Part shown: in pieces, positions 9,951-20,857 of the stretch
Layout: every line of letters starts with the position of its first letter
Numbering within the stretch: the stretch's first letter is position 1
Translations under genes and position numbers: made by a program
The notes under the pieces: generated by a model
What the model saw: the letters and a program-made list of their open reading frames with translations, nothing else
Databases searched by the model: none
What the model was told of the DNA's origin: nothing
Origin: Cyanobacteria bacterium P01_D01_bin.156
Lineage (GTDB): Bacteria; Cyanobacteriota; Cyanobacteriia; Phormidesmidales; Phormidesmidaceae
DNA: 64,000 nt
Direction of reading: 5' to 3'
NCBI GenBank assembly: GCA_039024555.1
Contig: JBCCQQ010000003.1
Span: 1-64,000, forward strand

Positions 9951-11048
9951 GTGGATGCTAAGTTCTTTACCTCAAGGGCAACGTCCCTAACGGGTACAAG
10001 TCTTTCGATACTTTTGACCAGTACTCTGTTATGTCTGGCGGCTGGATTAGATGCATGGGCAGGTCGTGACTGGCTGACCCAATATTCATTATTGATACCT
10101 TTCTTGGTATCGGCGTTGGGCTCATCGCTGCTTGGCTATGGAGTTGTACCAGTCCTTAAAAAGCTCAAGGCTGGACAATTTATTCGTGAAGAAGGGCCTA
10201 AAGCTCATCTCAAGAAAGCAGGCACTCCCACCATGGGCGGCATATTTTTTGTGCCTGTGGCGTTGTTAGTCGCTGTAGTTGCCTCCGGAGGAGCAGTTGA
10301 TACCCTAGCGGTGTGTGTGCTCACGCTGGCTTATGGCTTTATTGGTTGGGTAGATGATTGGCAGGTATTAAAACGTAGGTCTAACAAAGGTATTTCGCCC
10401 AAAATGAAGCTGGCGCTGCAAATTGGCTTCGCGATCGCATTTTGCGCTTGGGCAATGGCAACTCAGCCTGTCGAAATTACGACTTTGAATCTTCCGTTTG
10501 GGATTTTTCTGCCTTTGGGTTTGCTGTTTTGGCCATTGGCAGGCTTCACCATGGTGGCTGAGAGCAATGCCACTAATCTAACTGATGGCGTCGATGGCCT
10601 AATGGGTGGAACAGGTGCGATCGCTCTCTTGGGTTTAGGAGCTCTCATTGCACCAGATTATCCAGAGTTAATGATTTTTTGTGCAGCCATGAGCGGAGCT
10701 TGTATTGGGTTTCTTACCCACAATCGCAACCCAGCTAGGGTATTTATGGGTGATACCGGTTCTTTGGCTCTAGGTGGGGCGTTAGCGGCTGTTGGCATTC
10801 TGACTGGTAACCTTTTTGCTCTCTTTATCATTACCCTTTTGTTTGTGGCTGAAACGCTGTCTGTGATTATGCAGGTGAGTTATTACAAAGCAACGAAAGG
10901 GCCTGATGGCAAAGGTAAGCGTTTATTTAAAATGGCTCCTCTACATCATCACTTTGAATTATCTGGTTGGTCAGAAATTCAGGTAGTGAGTGCGTTCTAT
11001 CTAGTGGCTGGTTTGCTATCGTGTGTTGCACTCACTACCCTCTACTAA
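9951..11048 (+). CDS. mraY: Phospho-N-acetylmuramoyl-pentapeptide transferase
   Basis: KAGTPTMGG, NATNLTDGVDGL, FMGDTGSLALGG and MAPLHHHFEL. Confidence 0.98.
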   Translation: MDAKFFTSRATSLTGTSLSILLTSTLLCLAAGLDAWAGRDWLTQYSLLIPFLVSALGSSLLGYGVVPVLKKLKAGQFIREEGPKAHLKKAGTPTMGGIFFVPVALLVAVVASGGAVDTLAVCVLTLAYGFIGWVDDWQVLKRRSNKGISPKMKLALQIGFAIAFCAWAMATQPVEITTLNLPFGIFLPLGLLFWPLAGFTMVAESNATNLTDGVDGLMGGTGAIALLGLGALIAPDYPELMIFCAAMSGACIGFLTHNRNPARVFMGDTGSLALGGALAAVGILTGNLFALFIITLLFVAETLSVIMQVSYYKATKGPDGKGKRLFKMAPLHHHFELSGWSEIQVVSAFYLVAGLLSCVALTTLY

Positions 11049-11108
11049 ACATGGAGTACAGAGTTTAGTTAGACCTTGCAGTATTCAATATCATTTGAAA
11101 CAGCATTC

Positions 11109-11139
11109 AAAAACAGCGGCGTACCGTCGCTGTTTTTTT
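11109..11139 (+). terminator. Rho-independent terminator after mraY
   Basis: aaaaACAGCGGCG-tac-CGTCGCTGTtttttt hairpin with U tract. Confidence 0.8.
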
Positions 11140-11282
11140 GATTTTTGAGCGGTGACACAACTCTTCCTTGATTCGCTTAGAAATTATTGCCACACTACTT
11201 CTACGGTTTGGTTTTAGTTGTGCCCACAGCAATCTTGAAGACCGCACCCTCAACGCCACTAAGCACCCTGCTTTTCCTAACT

Positions 11283-12620
11283 ATGCCCTCTGCTATCTTG
11301 CCTCTACTGCCATCTAGTCTTGAAGTGCTCCAAGAACCTAATCAGGTGGCCAAACTCTCCAAAGACTACTATCACTTCAGTCCAGTTCTAGCCGCGCAGT
11401 TGGATGACAAAGTAGCAGACGTAGTGGTCAGACCCAGCACAGAAACAGAAGTCGTTCAGGTTGCTCAAGCCTGTGTCTCCACTAAAACCCCCCTTACGGT
11501 GAGGGGCGCTGGCACCGGCAACTATGGCCAGTGCATTCCTCTGGCAGGGGGCGTCATTTTAGACTTAAGCAAACTCAATCAAGTGAAATGGGTAAAACCG
11601 GGTCTGGCCTGTGTAGAAGCAGGAGCCAAGCTGGCCGCCATCGACAAAATCACCCGTGCCCAGGGCTGGGAGATACGCATGGCACCTTCCACCTATCGCA
11701 CGGCGACCATTGGCGGCTTTATTGGCGGTGGTAGCGGAGGCATCGGGTCCATTACCTACGGTCAGCTGGCAGATCGCGGCAACCTGACCGCGGTGCGGGT
11801 GGTCACCATGGAAGATACACCGCGGATTGTAGAACTCAGGGGCGATGACGTTCAAAAGGTTAACCATGCCTACGGCACCAACGGCATCATCACCGCACTA
11901 GAAATTCCCCTAGGGCCTGCCTATCCATGGGCTGAAGTAATTGTGACCTTTGATGACTTTATGACTGCCGCTCGGTTCGGGTACACCCTGGGCGAAGCCG
12001 ACGGCATTATCAAAAAGCTCATCAGTATTCATGCATGGCCTATCCCCAGCTACTTTGCGGCCCTACAAGATGCTCTACCAGCAGGCAAAACGGCTGCTTT
12101 ACTAATGATTGCAGAATCATCCTTGGAGCCTTTTGAAGAACTCGTCAAAGCATATAGTGGCACGGTGACCTATCAAAAGACTGCTGAAGAAGCCAGAAAA
12201 GGAGCCGCTTTAGCAGAATTTACATGGAATCACACCACTCTCCATGCTCGCAACGTGGACACAAGCCTTACCTATCTACAAACCCTATTTCCTTACGACA
12301 CAGACCTTAAATTACTTGAGCACATGTATCACCACTTTGGAGATGAGGTGATGATGCACCTAGAATTCTTTCGAGTACATGGTCAGGTATGTCCAGCAGC
12401 CCTACAGCTGGTACGTTACACCACCGAAGATAGACTCAATGAGATCATTCATTACCACGAGGCTGAGGGAGCTTTTATTGCCAACCCCCATACTTACATT
12501 TTGGAAGACGGTGGTCGCAAAGAAATCAACGAAACTCAAGTCGCCTTCAAGGCGAAAGTTGATCCCTATGGCCTGTTAAATCCAGGAAAAATGCGTGGCT
12601 GGTTAGAACGTTCGATATAA
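11283..12620 (+). CDS. FAD-binding oxidoreductase (GlcD/VAO-like FAD_binding_4 family)
   Basis: TVRGAGTGNYGQC, ATIGGFIGGGSGG and C-terminal DPYGLLNPGK; start moved to the ATG at 11283. Confidence 0.88.
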   Translation: MPSAILPLLPSSLEVLQEPNQVAKLSKDYYHFSPVLAAQLDDKVADVVVRPSTETEVVQVAQACVSTKTPLTVRGAGTGNYGQCIPLAGGVILDLSKLNQVKWVKPGLACVEAGAKLAAIDKITRAQGWEIRMAPSTYRTATIGGFIGGGSGGIGSITYGQLADRGNLTAVRVVTMEDTPRIVELRGDDVQKVNHAYGTNGIITALEIPLGPAYPWAEVIVTFDDFMTAARFGYTLGEADGIIKKLISIHAWPIPSYFAALQDALPAGKTAALLMIAESSLEPFEELVKAYSGTVTYQKTAEEARKGAALAEFTWNHTTLHARNVDTSLTYLQTLFPYDTDLKLLEHMYHHFGDEVMMHLEFFRVHGQVCPAALQLVRYTTEDRLNEIIHYHEAEGAFIANPHTYILEDGGRKEINETQVAFKAKVDPYGLLNPGKMRGWLERSI

Positions 12621-12778
12621 GGGAAAAGAGAACAGGTATCTGATGAGCCCCCACGCGTTCCATCGGCATGTTTGCCTGCCATCATCATGCCAGCCCAAGG
12701 CAAAACGTTGCATCAGCAACTATTCATCGTGCAATAGAGTTTTGTCAGATTTTTAACGAACGACAGTTAGAGATTTAC

Positions 12779-13669
12779 CTATAGCTTGCGTTCATTCTCT
12801 AATTGGCGTTGCTTGACTCGTTCAGCAAATCGGACGCGCTGCTCTTCAGTCAATTGATCGTAGCAAAGGGGGCAAGCAATCCCTGGTTCATAGTGAGGGG
12901 ACTGGGTATCTTCTTCAGAGACTGGATAGCCACAGCCACGACACATGGTGTAATTCCCAGGTTCTAATCCATGTTGAACCGTCACCCGTTGATCAAATAC
13001 AAAGCATTCTCCTTCCCAAAGGCTTTCCTCTGCAGGGACCTCTTCTAAATATTTCAAAATGCCACCCTTGAGGTGATAGACCTGTTCAAAGCCTCGTTCT
13101 AGAAGATAGGAGGATGCTTTTTCACAACGAATACCGCCGGTACAAAACATAGCGACCTTTTTATGCTTTGTCGGGTCTAGTTGCTCAGCAGCATAGTCAG
13201 GAAATTCACGAAATGATTCGGTTTGTGGATTAGTAGCACCTTGAAACGTGCCAATCTCGACTTCATAGGTATTACGGGTGTCTAATACCACTACATCCGG
13301 CTCAGAAATCACCTGATTCCAATTTTGAGGGTCTACATACGTACCTACTTTTTTAGTAGGACTAACCTCAGGTTGGCCTAGGGTAACAATCTCTTGCTTG
13401 AGTCTTACCTTCATTCGCAAAAATGGTTGTTCCTCAGACCATGAGGTTTTGTGGGTTAGATCTGCTAACCGTGGGTCTTGCTTAAGATGGGTCAGCAAGG
13501 CATCCAGAGCTGCATCAGTACCCGCTACCGTAGAGTTAATCCCTTCTGAAGCTAGTAATACTGTTCCTTTTATCTCCTGAGACTCGCATAACTCCAGCAG
13601 AGGCTGACGCATCGACTCAAAGTCATCTAACTGTACGAATTTATAGAAGGTAATAACGGTCCAGGACAT
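12779..13669 (-). CDS. trhO: tRNA uridine(34) hydroxylase TrhO (rhodanese-related, UPF0176)
   Basis: [35 protein letters not shown] and WEGECFVFD. Confidence 0.92.
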   Translation of the reverse strand: MSWTVITFYKFVQLDDFESMRQPLLELCESQEIKGTVLLASEGINSTVAGTDAALDALLTHLKQDPRLADLTHKTSWSEEQPFLRMKVRLKQEIVTLGQPEVSPTKKVGTYVDPQNWNQVISEPDVVVLDTRNTYEVEIGTFQGATNPQTESFREFPDYAAEQLDPTKHKKVAMFCTGGIRCEKASSYLLERGFEQVYHLKGGILKYLEEVPAEESLWEGECFVFDQRVTVQHGLEPGNYTMCRGCGYPVSEEDTQSPHYEPGIACPLCYDQLTEEQRVRFAERVKQRQLENERKL

Positions 13670-13837
13670 AGGAGAAACAGAAACTGTGTAGCCTTCACAG
13701 GGCATGACATGGCTTAAATACTGCCATATCTTAGATTGCCATTGGTGATTTTAGGGAATCGATCAATCTAGCGGTCATGTCAGCCAAGGGGATTTCCTAG
13801 ATTCAAACATCCCAAAGATCAACAACATCTTAGATTG

Positions 13838-14845
13838 CTAACAATATTTTCGATGGACTTCGACAGCAGCACGATGTAGATAAGAATGCCGATAAATCAG
13901 TGCATTCATATCTTTGCCGTAGCCACCACCAATGACACAGGCAACTGGGTAACCCGCCTTTGTACAGGTTTGTAAAACGTACCGATCGCGACGATATAAA
14001 CCTTCATCGGTTAAAGCTAATTTTCCCAAACGGTCGTCTCGGTGAGGGTCCGCACCAGCATCATATAGCACCAGATCGGGTCTTACCTGAGTTAGTAATT
14101 CTGGTAAATGTTTGGTGAGCGTTACCAGATACACATCGTCTTCTGTGCCTTCATCTAAGGGCACATCCAAATCGCTCACTTGCTTGCGGCCTGGAAAGTT
14201 AACAGCACAATGCATAGAGAAGGTAAACACACTGGGATCATCGCGAAAAATCCAGGCAGAACCATCCCCCTGATGCACATCTAAATCCACGATCAAAATA
14301 GTCTTAAGTAGATTTTGCTTTTTGAGAAGACGTGCTGCGATCGCAATATCATTAAAAATACAAAACCCCGAACCATAGCTAGGAAATGCATGATGGGTTC
14401 CGCCAGCGGTATTACACGCTAAACCATGATTGAGCGCTAGCTTAGCCGTAAGAATCGTCCCCCCTACCGCTGTACAGGTTCGTCGTACCAGACTTTGACT
14501 CCAAGGCAAACCAATGCGACGCTGAGCTTTATTATTCAGATGACCTTCGCAATAAGCACTGACATACTCCGGATCATGCACCAACTCTAGCCATTCCTTG
14601 GGAGGGCAACCGGGCTGGTAGATTTGCTCCTGACTAATCACCCCATCCCTCAATAGCAAATCCTTGAGCAACTGAAACTTAGGCATAGGAAAACGATGCC
14701 CTTTAGGTAAGGGCGTCACATAGTCAGGATGATAAATAACCGGCAGACCGGACGAACCTCCAGATCCAATGATGTTTTGAGCGCTGATGCCTCTCGGGAG
14801 GATTTTATCTGTCATACCCAAAGCCGATAGCTGGTTGTGCTGCAT
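13838..14845 (-). CDS. Histone deacetylase superfamily protein (Zn-dependent amidohydrolase)
   Basis: HRFPMPKF, GGTHHA, GFCIFND, DLDVHQGDG and GGGY; exact start uncertain. Confidence 0.93.
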   Translation of the reverse strand: MQHNQLSALGMTDKILPRGISAQNIIGSGGSSGLPVIYHPDYVTPLPKGHRFPMPKFQLLKDLLLRDGVISQEQIYQPGCPPKEWLELVHDPEYVSAYCEGHLNNKAQRRIGLPWSQSLVRRTCTAVGGTILTAKLALNHGLACNTAGGTHHAFPSYGSGFCIFNDIAIAARLLKKQNLLKTILIVDLDVHQGDGSAWIFRDDPSVFTFSMHCAVNFPGRKQVSDLDVPLDEGTEDDVYLVTLTKHLPELLTQVRPDLVLYDAGADPHRDDRLGKLALTDEGLYRRDRYVLQTCTKAGYPVACVIGGGYGKDMNALIYRHSYLHRAAVEVHRKYC

Positions 14846-14983
14846 CCTGAAATCAGCAGTGGCGTCTTCTGCATTATCGCCGGTTCTGATATGAAGGATA
14901 ACGAGATACTTTAGCGCGGTTAAGCAGACAACTTAACCACTGCACAACAATCCTATATAAGGATGGGAAAAGCCCTCCATACA

Positions 14984-15937
14984 CTACCGAAGAAAGGAAT
15001 TAATGGAACGCTTCTGACGAACATCTAGCTTATGAGCCAAACTACCCTCTGGCCAATCTAAAGGAGAAGATTCATCAGCAGAAATAACCGTAACGGATTT
15101 CGCAGGCTCACTATCATTAATTGCAAACGACACCGATTGCGAAGCGACCGTGCTCGGTTGAGGATCGGTATATTGAAGTTTTTGGCCTGTCCGGAAGGCC
15201 ATTACCTGAGATGAAGGGCGCTGAGCTGCCAAACGTCGATGTCTACGGCGTTGTTTGCCACTAGTACCGATAGTTTTTCTCGCTCCTAACCGCTGTTTAG
15301 ATGACGCATTGAGCATTCCCCGCCGTTGATTTCGACGGGATTCAGTATTGTTCACCGACAAGCCATGATGCGACATCAGCATACATCCCCCTGCACAGGC
15401 TAAGACCATGATTAGTAATGGCCAAGTAGGCATATTTTTAGCGGCTGTGTTACCTGGTGCAATTGCAGCCGGATCCCTACGGCTAAACCTCTTAGAGCCA
15501 TTGGTGTGGGATAAGCGTGCAGCAGCTGCTGCATCTGGAGCACTAAGGGGCTGTTCAGCCCGACTGCTAATTGGGGGCTCTAAGACTAATTCACGCCCAG
15601 GACTAGATAAACCAATGATTGCGATCACAATCATTGCAAGAAACGTTAGCCACAGGCCACCAACCAATAACCATGGGTGAACCCAGAACAAGTTAACCCA
15701 AAAACGGCCACGATTACTCTTGGCCTTGCCTTCGCTAGAAGCCCCTTCTGCTTTTACAAAAGACTCACGCTCAGATTCAGAAGACGGTATCGAAGCTTCA
15801 TCACGAGACAGGTGAACCTTCTGACCTCTGCGTGTTTGCTTGCTTGCTTGAAATCTTACTAAACGCCTTAAGGAACGCCCAAAGAGCGCTTGTAATCGTT
15901 GAGAAAATCGTTTAGCCAAGATTGGATGCCTAGCCAT
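14984..15937 (-). CDS. Hypothetical membrane protein with two TM segments and basic low-complexity regions
   Basis: Long ORF with two hydrophobic helices; C-terminal PLDWPEGSLAHKLDVR motif. Confidence 0.65.
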   Translation of the reverse strand: MARHPILAKRFSQRLQALFGRSLRRLVRFQASKQTRRGQKVHLSRDEASIPSSESERESFVKAEGASSEGKAKSNRGRFWVNLFWVHPWLLVGGLWLTFLAMIVIAIIGLSSPGRELVLEPPISSRAEQPLSAPDAAAAARLSHTNGSKRFSRRDPAAIAPGNTAAKNMPTWPLLIMVLACAGGCMLMSHHGLSVNNTESRRNQRRGMLNASSKQRLGARKTIGTSGKQRRRHRRLAAQRPSSQVMAFRTGQKLQYTDPQPSTVASQSVSFAINDSEPAKSVTVISADESSPLDWPEGSLAHKLDVRQKRSINSFLR

Positions 15938-16079
15938 AGCACAACATGTTTCCTTTAAAGCACCCGCAACTACATAAAATACCTGAAGTACGAGTATTAT
16001 AAATCCTCTTCATAGAGGTAACTGAGTTTACGCTGCAATTCTTCAGATATTGCCCTAGGACTCCAACATTTGCACTCAG

Positions 16080-16919
16080 CTACCGCCGCAGTTCCAAATC
16101 AGATAAATATTGCGCTGGATCACGGGCAACCCACCCCTCACTCGAGTTCGTCCGAACCTCAAAATACACAAAAGAACTTGGCGAATCACCCGCAACGATG
16201 CCTAAACGACGGCCCACATCAACCACATCACCCACATCTTGCTCAAAGTCAGCAAGATTACCATAGCGAGTTTGCAAACCATCAGTATGGTTTAGTATCA
16301 CCATCAAAGCCCCATTATGCTCCCCAACAAATGCAACCGTACCGTCTGCGGCAGCTAGCACCTCTGAACCTGGCATAGTAGCCAGCGCAATGCCACTGTT
16401 AAATACGAGTTCATTGCGTCGAGGATGAGGCTGCCAACCATAACTCAAAACCACTGGTGCCTCCGATACTAAGGGATAGCCCAAAGCCCCAGGTACCACT
16501 GCCGTCATCCTAGAATTCCTACCTGGAATAAACACTTGACTGGGTAGCTGAGCAGGACAGCCATTCACCTCAAATAAGAGATCGGCTTTAGTCCCATGCT
16601 GCTCAGCCAGCGATTGCCATGTTTGCCCATCGCTAACTCGTACGCTTGTACCATTGAAGGGCGGAATTGCTAGGGCCTGACCTGCAGGTAAAACACCTTG
16701 AGCAGGCAGGGTAGGATTCATCATCGAGAGTGTTGCTGGTAATAAACCATATTGAGCAGCTACTGTCTCAAGAGACTCTCCTGCCTCCGTACGATGGGTA
16801 CGAACTTGGGACAGTGCTGCTGCTGGACAAGGAGATGCTTGCCCTGGCGCTCCCACACCCCAGACACTTACACCCAACAGTAAAGCCAGTAAATGATGAA
16901 ATCTCGAGAAATTATTCAT
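16080..16919 (-). CDS. LysM-domain M23 family metallopeptidase-like protein
   Basis: Signal peptide, two LysM-like repeats, and an M23-like domain (FNSGIAL, AAADGTV, TRYGNL, YFEVR) with degenerate Zn ligands. Confidence 0.85.
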   Translation of the reverse strand: MNNFSRFHHLLALLLGVSVWGVGAPGQASPCPAAALSQVRTHRTEAGESLETVAAQYGLLPATLSMMNPTLPAQGVLPAGQALAIPPFNGTSVRVSDGQTWQSLAEQHGTKADLLFEVNGCPAQLPSQVFIPGRNSRMTAVVPGALGYPLVSEAPVVLSYGWQPHPRRNELVFNSGIALATMPGSEVLAAADGTVAFVGEHNGALMVILNHTDGLQTRYGNLADFEQDVGDVVDVGRRLGIVAGDSPSSFVYFEVRTNSSEGWVARDPAQYLSDLELRR

Positions 16920-17120
16920 ATTAGAAACACCCTAGGGCAATTAATATCTTTCAAATCAGCAGCCTGCGATCAATCCGCTTAAAAAGCTTAAAAACACTCT
17001 CAAGACCACTTACCATAGAGGTAGCTAGATTGGATATATAACTCTGAGCTAGTACCCTTCTAGGGTAATCTTCGCTAAGGTAGAGTCAATTAAAGTCCTC
17101 ACATTGACGGGGAAATAGGC

Positions 17121-18347
17121 ATGGGATTTGCTCCAAAAAAGTTGATTGGGTACCTTGGGCTATTGCTGTTGGGTAGCGGTGCCGGTTGGGCAGGTCGTAG
17201 CTACTTTTTCACCCCTACTATTGAAGACCAGGATAGGGAAATACCGATCGCCACATCAGTTTCCCGAACAACAGTCCAGTCTGCTGAGGAAACAGCGCCT
17301 CAGATTTCTCAAGTTTTCCCTTCTATTGATAGCCCCAACTTTATTGCAGCTGCTGCTGAGCAGGTTGGTCCAGCTGTGGTGCGTATTGATGCTTCGCGTC
17401 CAGCACAAAGTGTTTCCGAGCACCCTTTCTTTAAACGTTTTTTTACTGAGGAATTACCCTCTATTGAAGATGAAATTCCTGAACGCCTAGAACAGGGAAC
17501 CGGTTCTGGTTTTATCCTCAGCAGTGATGGTCAAATCATGACCAATGCCCACGTTGTGGAAGGCACTGACACAGTAACCGTCACCCTCAATGATGGGCGC
17601 ACATTTCAAGGCGAGGTCATTGGCACCGATCCTGTCACCGATGTTGCCATTGTCAAAATTAGTGGTACCGATTTACCCACAGCACCCTTGGGCACTACTG
17701 ATAACTTGACACCTGGGCAGTGGGCTATTGCCATTGGCAATCCACTTGGTCTAGACAATACAGTCACGGCGGGGATTATCAGCGCTTTAGGGCGTAGCAG
17801 TTCCCAAGTCGGTATTTCTGACAAGCGAGTCCAGTTTATTCAAACAGATGCTGCCATCAACCCAGGTAACTCTGGTGGGCCATTACTGAATGCTCAAGGC
17901 GAAGTCATTGGAATGAACACCGCTATTCGAGCGGGTGCACAAGGTTTAGGCTTTGCTATCCCTATTGAAACAGCTAAACGCATAGGTGATCAGCTATTTA
18001 GAGATGGTGAAGTCCAACATCCGTATTTAGGGGTTCAGATGATTAACCTGACTCCGGACATGCAGCAGCAGATTAATAAGGACAATAACTTTGGAGTAAA
18101 GATTGAAGCTGAGTTCGGTGTTATGGTGGTTCGCGTCATGGCAGGTACCCCCGCCGAGTCAGCAGGTATTCTCAGAGGAGATGTCATTCGCAAAGTTAAT
18201 AATGTTGAGGTTGCGACTGCAACTGATGTACAAGCTCAGGTAGAAGCAAGCACCATTGGTCAGCCCCTCACAGTCGAAATTGATCGCCAGGGAGACGTCG
18301 AGCTCTTTGAGGTTAAACCGACAAAACTGCCTAACACCCTTAAGTAA
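17121..18347 (+). CDS. HhoA/HhoB/HtrA (Deg) serine protease with PDZ domain
   Basis: TNAHVV, DVAIVKI and TDAAINPGNSGGPL; C-terminal PDZ. Confidence 0.96.
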   Translation: MGFAPKKLIGYLGLLLLGSGAGWAGRSYFFTPTIEDQDREIPIATSVSRTTVQSAEETAPQISQVFPSIDSPNFIAAAAEQVGPAVVRIDASRPAQSVSEHPFFKRFFTEELPSIEDEIPERLEQGTGSGFILSSDGQIMTNAHVVEGTDTVTVTLNDGRTFQGEVIGTDPVTDVAIVKISGTDLPTAPLGTTDNLTPGQWAIAIGNPLGLDNTVTAGIISALGRSSSQVGISDKRVQFIQTDAAINPGNSGGPLLNAQGEVIGMNTAIRAGAQGLGFAIPIETAKRIGDQLFRDGEVQHPYLGVQMINLTPDMQQQINKDNNFGVKIEAEFGVMVVRVMAGTPAESAGILRGDVIRKVNNVEVATATDVQAQVEASTIGQPLTVEIDRQGDVELFEVKPTKLPNTLK

Positions 18348-18629
18348 GCATTGATAGTGTTGTCACTAGGACTGTTCAGAAAATAGTCTAGCTTTATTCG
18401 CTATCCAATCAGCGCTGTTACAGCTCTTTAGCTAAATGAGCTTGAAACTTTCTAAGCGCCCTAAATCAACAATGGAAATCCTATTTCACAGGATAGACAT
18501 CCATAATAAAGCATCGTAGCTAGCTAAATACTAAGTAAAGCTTCAGCTAGCACTAAAGTTATTCTTTTCAGTAAAAAAATCTCTGAGAGCATCTAACGAT
18601 AACATTCTGATTAACTCAATCTTGAGAAA

Positions 18630-18992
18630 TCAATCATTGTCTAGATCAGAATCCAAGTCGCTCTCCATGGTAGAGATACCCGACAGGCTAGACTCTAATT
18701 CCATTCGTTGCTCCATCTGACGAAGAAAATACCCCGTCATCATCGCCGACGCGAGCAACCCCGCTAAGTTTTCGCGATCAGTTGTTACTTGTACATTAAA
18801 TCCTTCCGATGGAAGCACCCCGATTAATCCCTGAACATTCTGGGAAATAATCTGCTTGATCTCACCACTTACCGACTGGGCAACACGGGATAGTACCTCT
18901 GGTGGCTGATGTTGCAAGTACTTAAGAAGCTGATTAACCTGCGCATCATCAGATCCCATGCCGATGAATTGGGTGCTATCGGGATTAAACAT
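18630..18992 (-). CDS. DUF760 domain protein
   Basis: RENLAGLLASAMMTGYFLRQMEQRMELE signature. Confidence 0.9.
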   Translation of the reverse strand: MFNPDSTQFIGMGSDDAQVNQLLKYLQHQPPEVLSRVAQSVSGEIKQIISQNVQGLIGVLPSEGFNVQVTTDRENLAGLLASAMMTGYFLRQMEQRMELESSLSGISTMESDLDSDLDND

Positions 18993-19151
18993 AAATGGCT
19001 ATGTATTGCTCCTATTTACCTTAGCGTGATAGTGCCGATTTCAACCAGCAGTTACACGAAGATTCGGTTTAGATGATTTGCATTCAACATTCCCGAACCG
19101 ATCCCTCGCTTAACAGCAGCGACCGCGAGTGATCTTAGCGTAACGAACTTC

Positions 19152-19787
19152 CTAAGCTTCTGACATCACAGAGGGCTCAGATATACTCGCCTCATCTGTC
19201 AACGGTTCTACAGCTCCTGCTTGCATTTCTTTAGCAACGGGATCAGCAAGATTTTCCATAGAGAGTTGGGCCACAGATTCTTCAGCCGGAGGAGGCTCAC
19301 TGATAGTATCTGGCAAATTTATTTGTGGAAGTTTATCAATTTCAAAACGTTGGTAAAACTTTTCGGTCACCTGCAACCAGAAAGAACGACCATCAGCCTG
19401 TCTGCGACGGCGAACTAAGCCCTGGTCCACAAGATCATGTACATGGCCATAGGCACCTGACCCCCTCAGTTCTACCAAGTCCGTTTGACTTAGAGGACCA
19501 CGCATTGCGATCGCGGCCAATGTCCGCAATGCGCCTAGGCCAATGTCCAGAGGAATTAATTCATCTAACAAGGGCTTAAATGGCTGTCGCAGTTGTAGAC
19601 TATAGCCGTTTTCAGTTTCAGCAATCTCCAAGGCACTCTCTCTATGGGCATACTCTCCCATCAGCTGAATCATCCCCTCCTGAGCTGCTGCCTTATCACA
19701 ACTGGCATATTCAGCAACCTGAGCAATGGTCAAAGGCTTTGCTTTGAGATACAAAATGGCTTCAATCGTTTGGGACAGTGAGGCCAT
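19152..19787 (-). CDS. scpB: SMC-Scp complex subunit ScpB
   Basis: IEAILY, ALRTLAAIA and ELRGSGAYGHV; start moved to MASLSQ. Confidence 0.92.
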   Translation of the reverse strand: MASLSQTIEAILYLKAKPLTIAQVAEYASCDKAAAQEGMIQLMGEYAHRESALEIAETENGYSLQLRQPFKPLLDELIPLDIGLGALRTLAAIAMRGPLSQTDLVELRGSGAYGHVHDLVDQGLVRRRRQADGRSFWLQVTEKFYQRFEIDKLPQINLPDTISEPPPAEESVAQLSMENLADPVAKEMQAGAVEPLTDEASISEPSVMSEA

Positions 19788-19929
19788 AGCGGCAAACTTT
19801 GAGAAATGTGGGTCAAGGATAGCAAACGAATACATCCCTGAGTCCCATTAACCAGCCATTCGATAAAAAACAATAGGCATGGCTAAATCTGGGCAGGAGG
19901 ATTGAACGGAAAGAATGATATTTCAGCAA

Positions 19930-19978
19930 CTATGCCTTCTCAGGCTAAATCCATGCAGACAACCTGCAGAAGGCATAG
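19930..19978 (-). terminator. Stem-loop downstream of the usp gene
   Basis: CTATGCCTTCT ... AGAAGGCATAG 11-bp inverted repeat with an inner CAGG/CCTG pair; weak U tract. Confidence 0.45.
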
Positions 19979-19999
19979 AAACAGGCCTCTATCTTGATT

Positions 20000-20857
20000 T
20001 TAGTCAGTGGCCATACGCGTCAATAAGACGGGACAGGGAGCATTGATACGGACATAGTCAGACAAGGAGCCACCCAATAAGCGATCAATATCTGGCAACC
20101 CTTTCGCAATGGAAGGACGGCGATCTGGAGAGCCGAGCACCAGCAAATTGACATTGAGCTGGTCTGCAAGTTCACAAATACGTGCACCAGGCTTTCCTTC
20201 TGGCGCAACACATTTGTAGGCAATGCGATAACGTCTAGCTTCAGCGATCGCAGGAGCTAGAACTGGATCAGTTTCTGGATTAGCATTAATTGCTTCAGAA
20301 ACAGAGTTACGCAAATTCGAAAGGGTATGAACAAACACCAGCTCACTGCCTTTAACATCCCGAGTTAACTCAAGAGCAACTTTCAGTGACTCTTTAGCCA
20401 TATCCGACTTATCTAAGGCCACTAAAACTCGCTTAATGGGACGAATGCTGTATAGGTCATCCTTGACCAGTAACATCGGTCGCGAAGACAGCTGAAATAC
20501 ATATTGACTAACAGAATTCTTTAAAATTGCCTTTAAGCCACCTAGTCCGCGGGATCCCATAATGATCAGGTCCGTATCAATTTCATCCGCAACGTTACAT
20601 ACTACGGTTTTAGGATCCCCTTCCCGTAGCAGGGGGATGACTTTCGAAGGCTCTACGCCCAGACGATTAATGGCCTCCATCAGTTGCTGTTCACTATCGG
20701 CAACTTGGTTTTCCATGCTACCCGCTATCATCTTTTGGGGGACCACTTTCAGAACAGTCACCTGAGAACGCTGAATCATGGGAACTTCCAGCAGGGCCTT
20801 AAACATCGTTTCGGTATTACCGGGACCGGAGCTCGCAAGCAAAATCTTTTCGATCAT
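20000..20857 (-). CDS. Tandem-domain universal stress protein
   Basis: GDPKTVVC..ADE..DLIIMGSRG..SVSQYV and a second USP domain ending in APCPVLL. Confidence 0.93.
   Translation of the reverse strand: MIEKILLASSGPGNTETMFKALLEVPMIQRSQVTVLKVVPQKMIAGSMENQVADSEQQLMEAINRLGVEPSKVIPLLREGDPKTVVCNVADEIDTDLIIMGSRGLGGLKAILKNSVSQYVFQLSSRPMLLVKDDLYSIRPIKRVLVALDKSDMAKESLKVALELTRDVKGSELVFVHTLSNLRNSVSEAINANPETDPVLAPAIAEARRYRIAYKCVAPEGKPGARICELADQLNVNLLVLGSPDRRPSIAKGLPDIDRLLGGSLSDYVRINAPCPVLLTRMATD

Noticed and set aside
19030..19105. TTCGG/CCGAAC elements upstream of the DUF760 gene as a third heat-shock motif
   Set aside because: Spacing and sequence do not match the hsp20/clpB motif well enough
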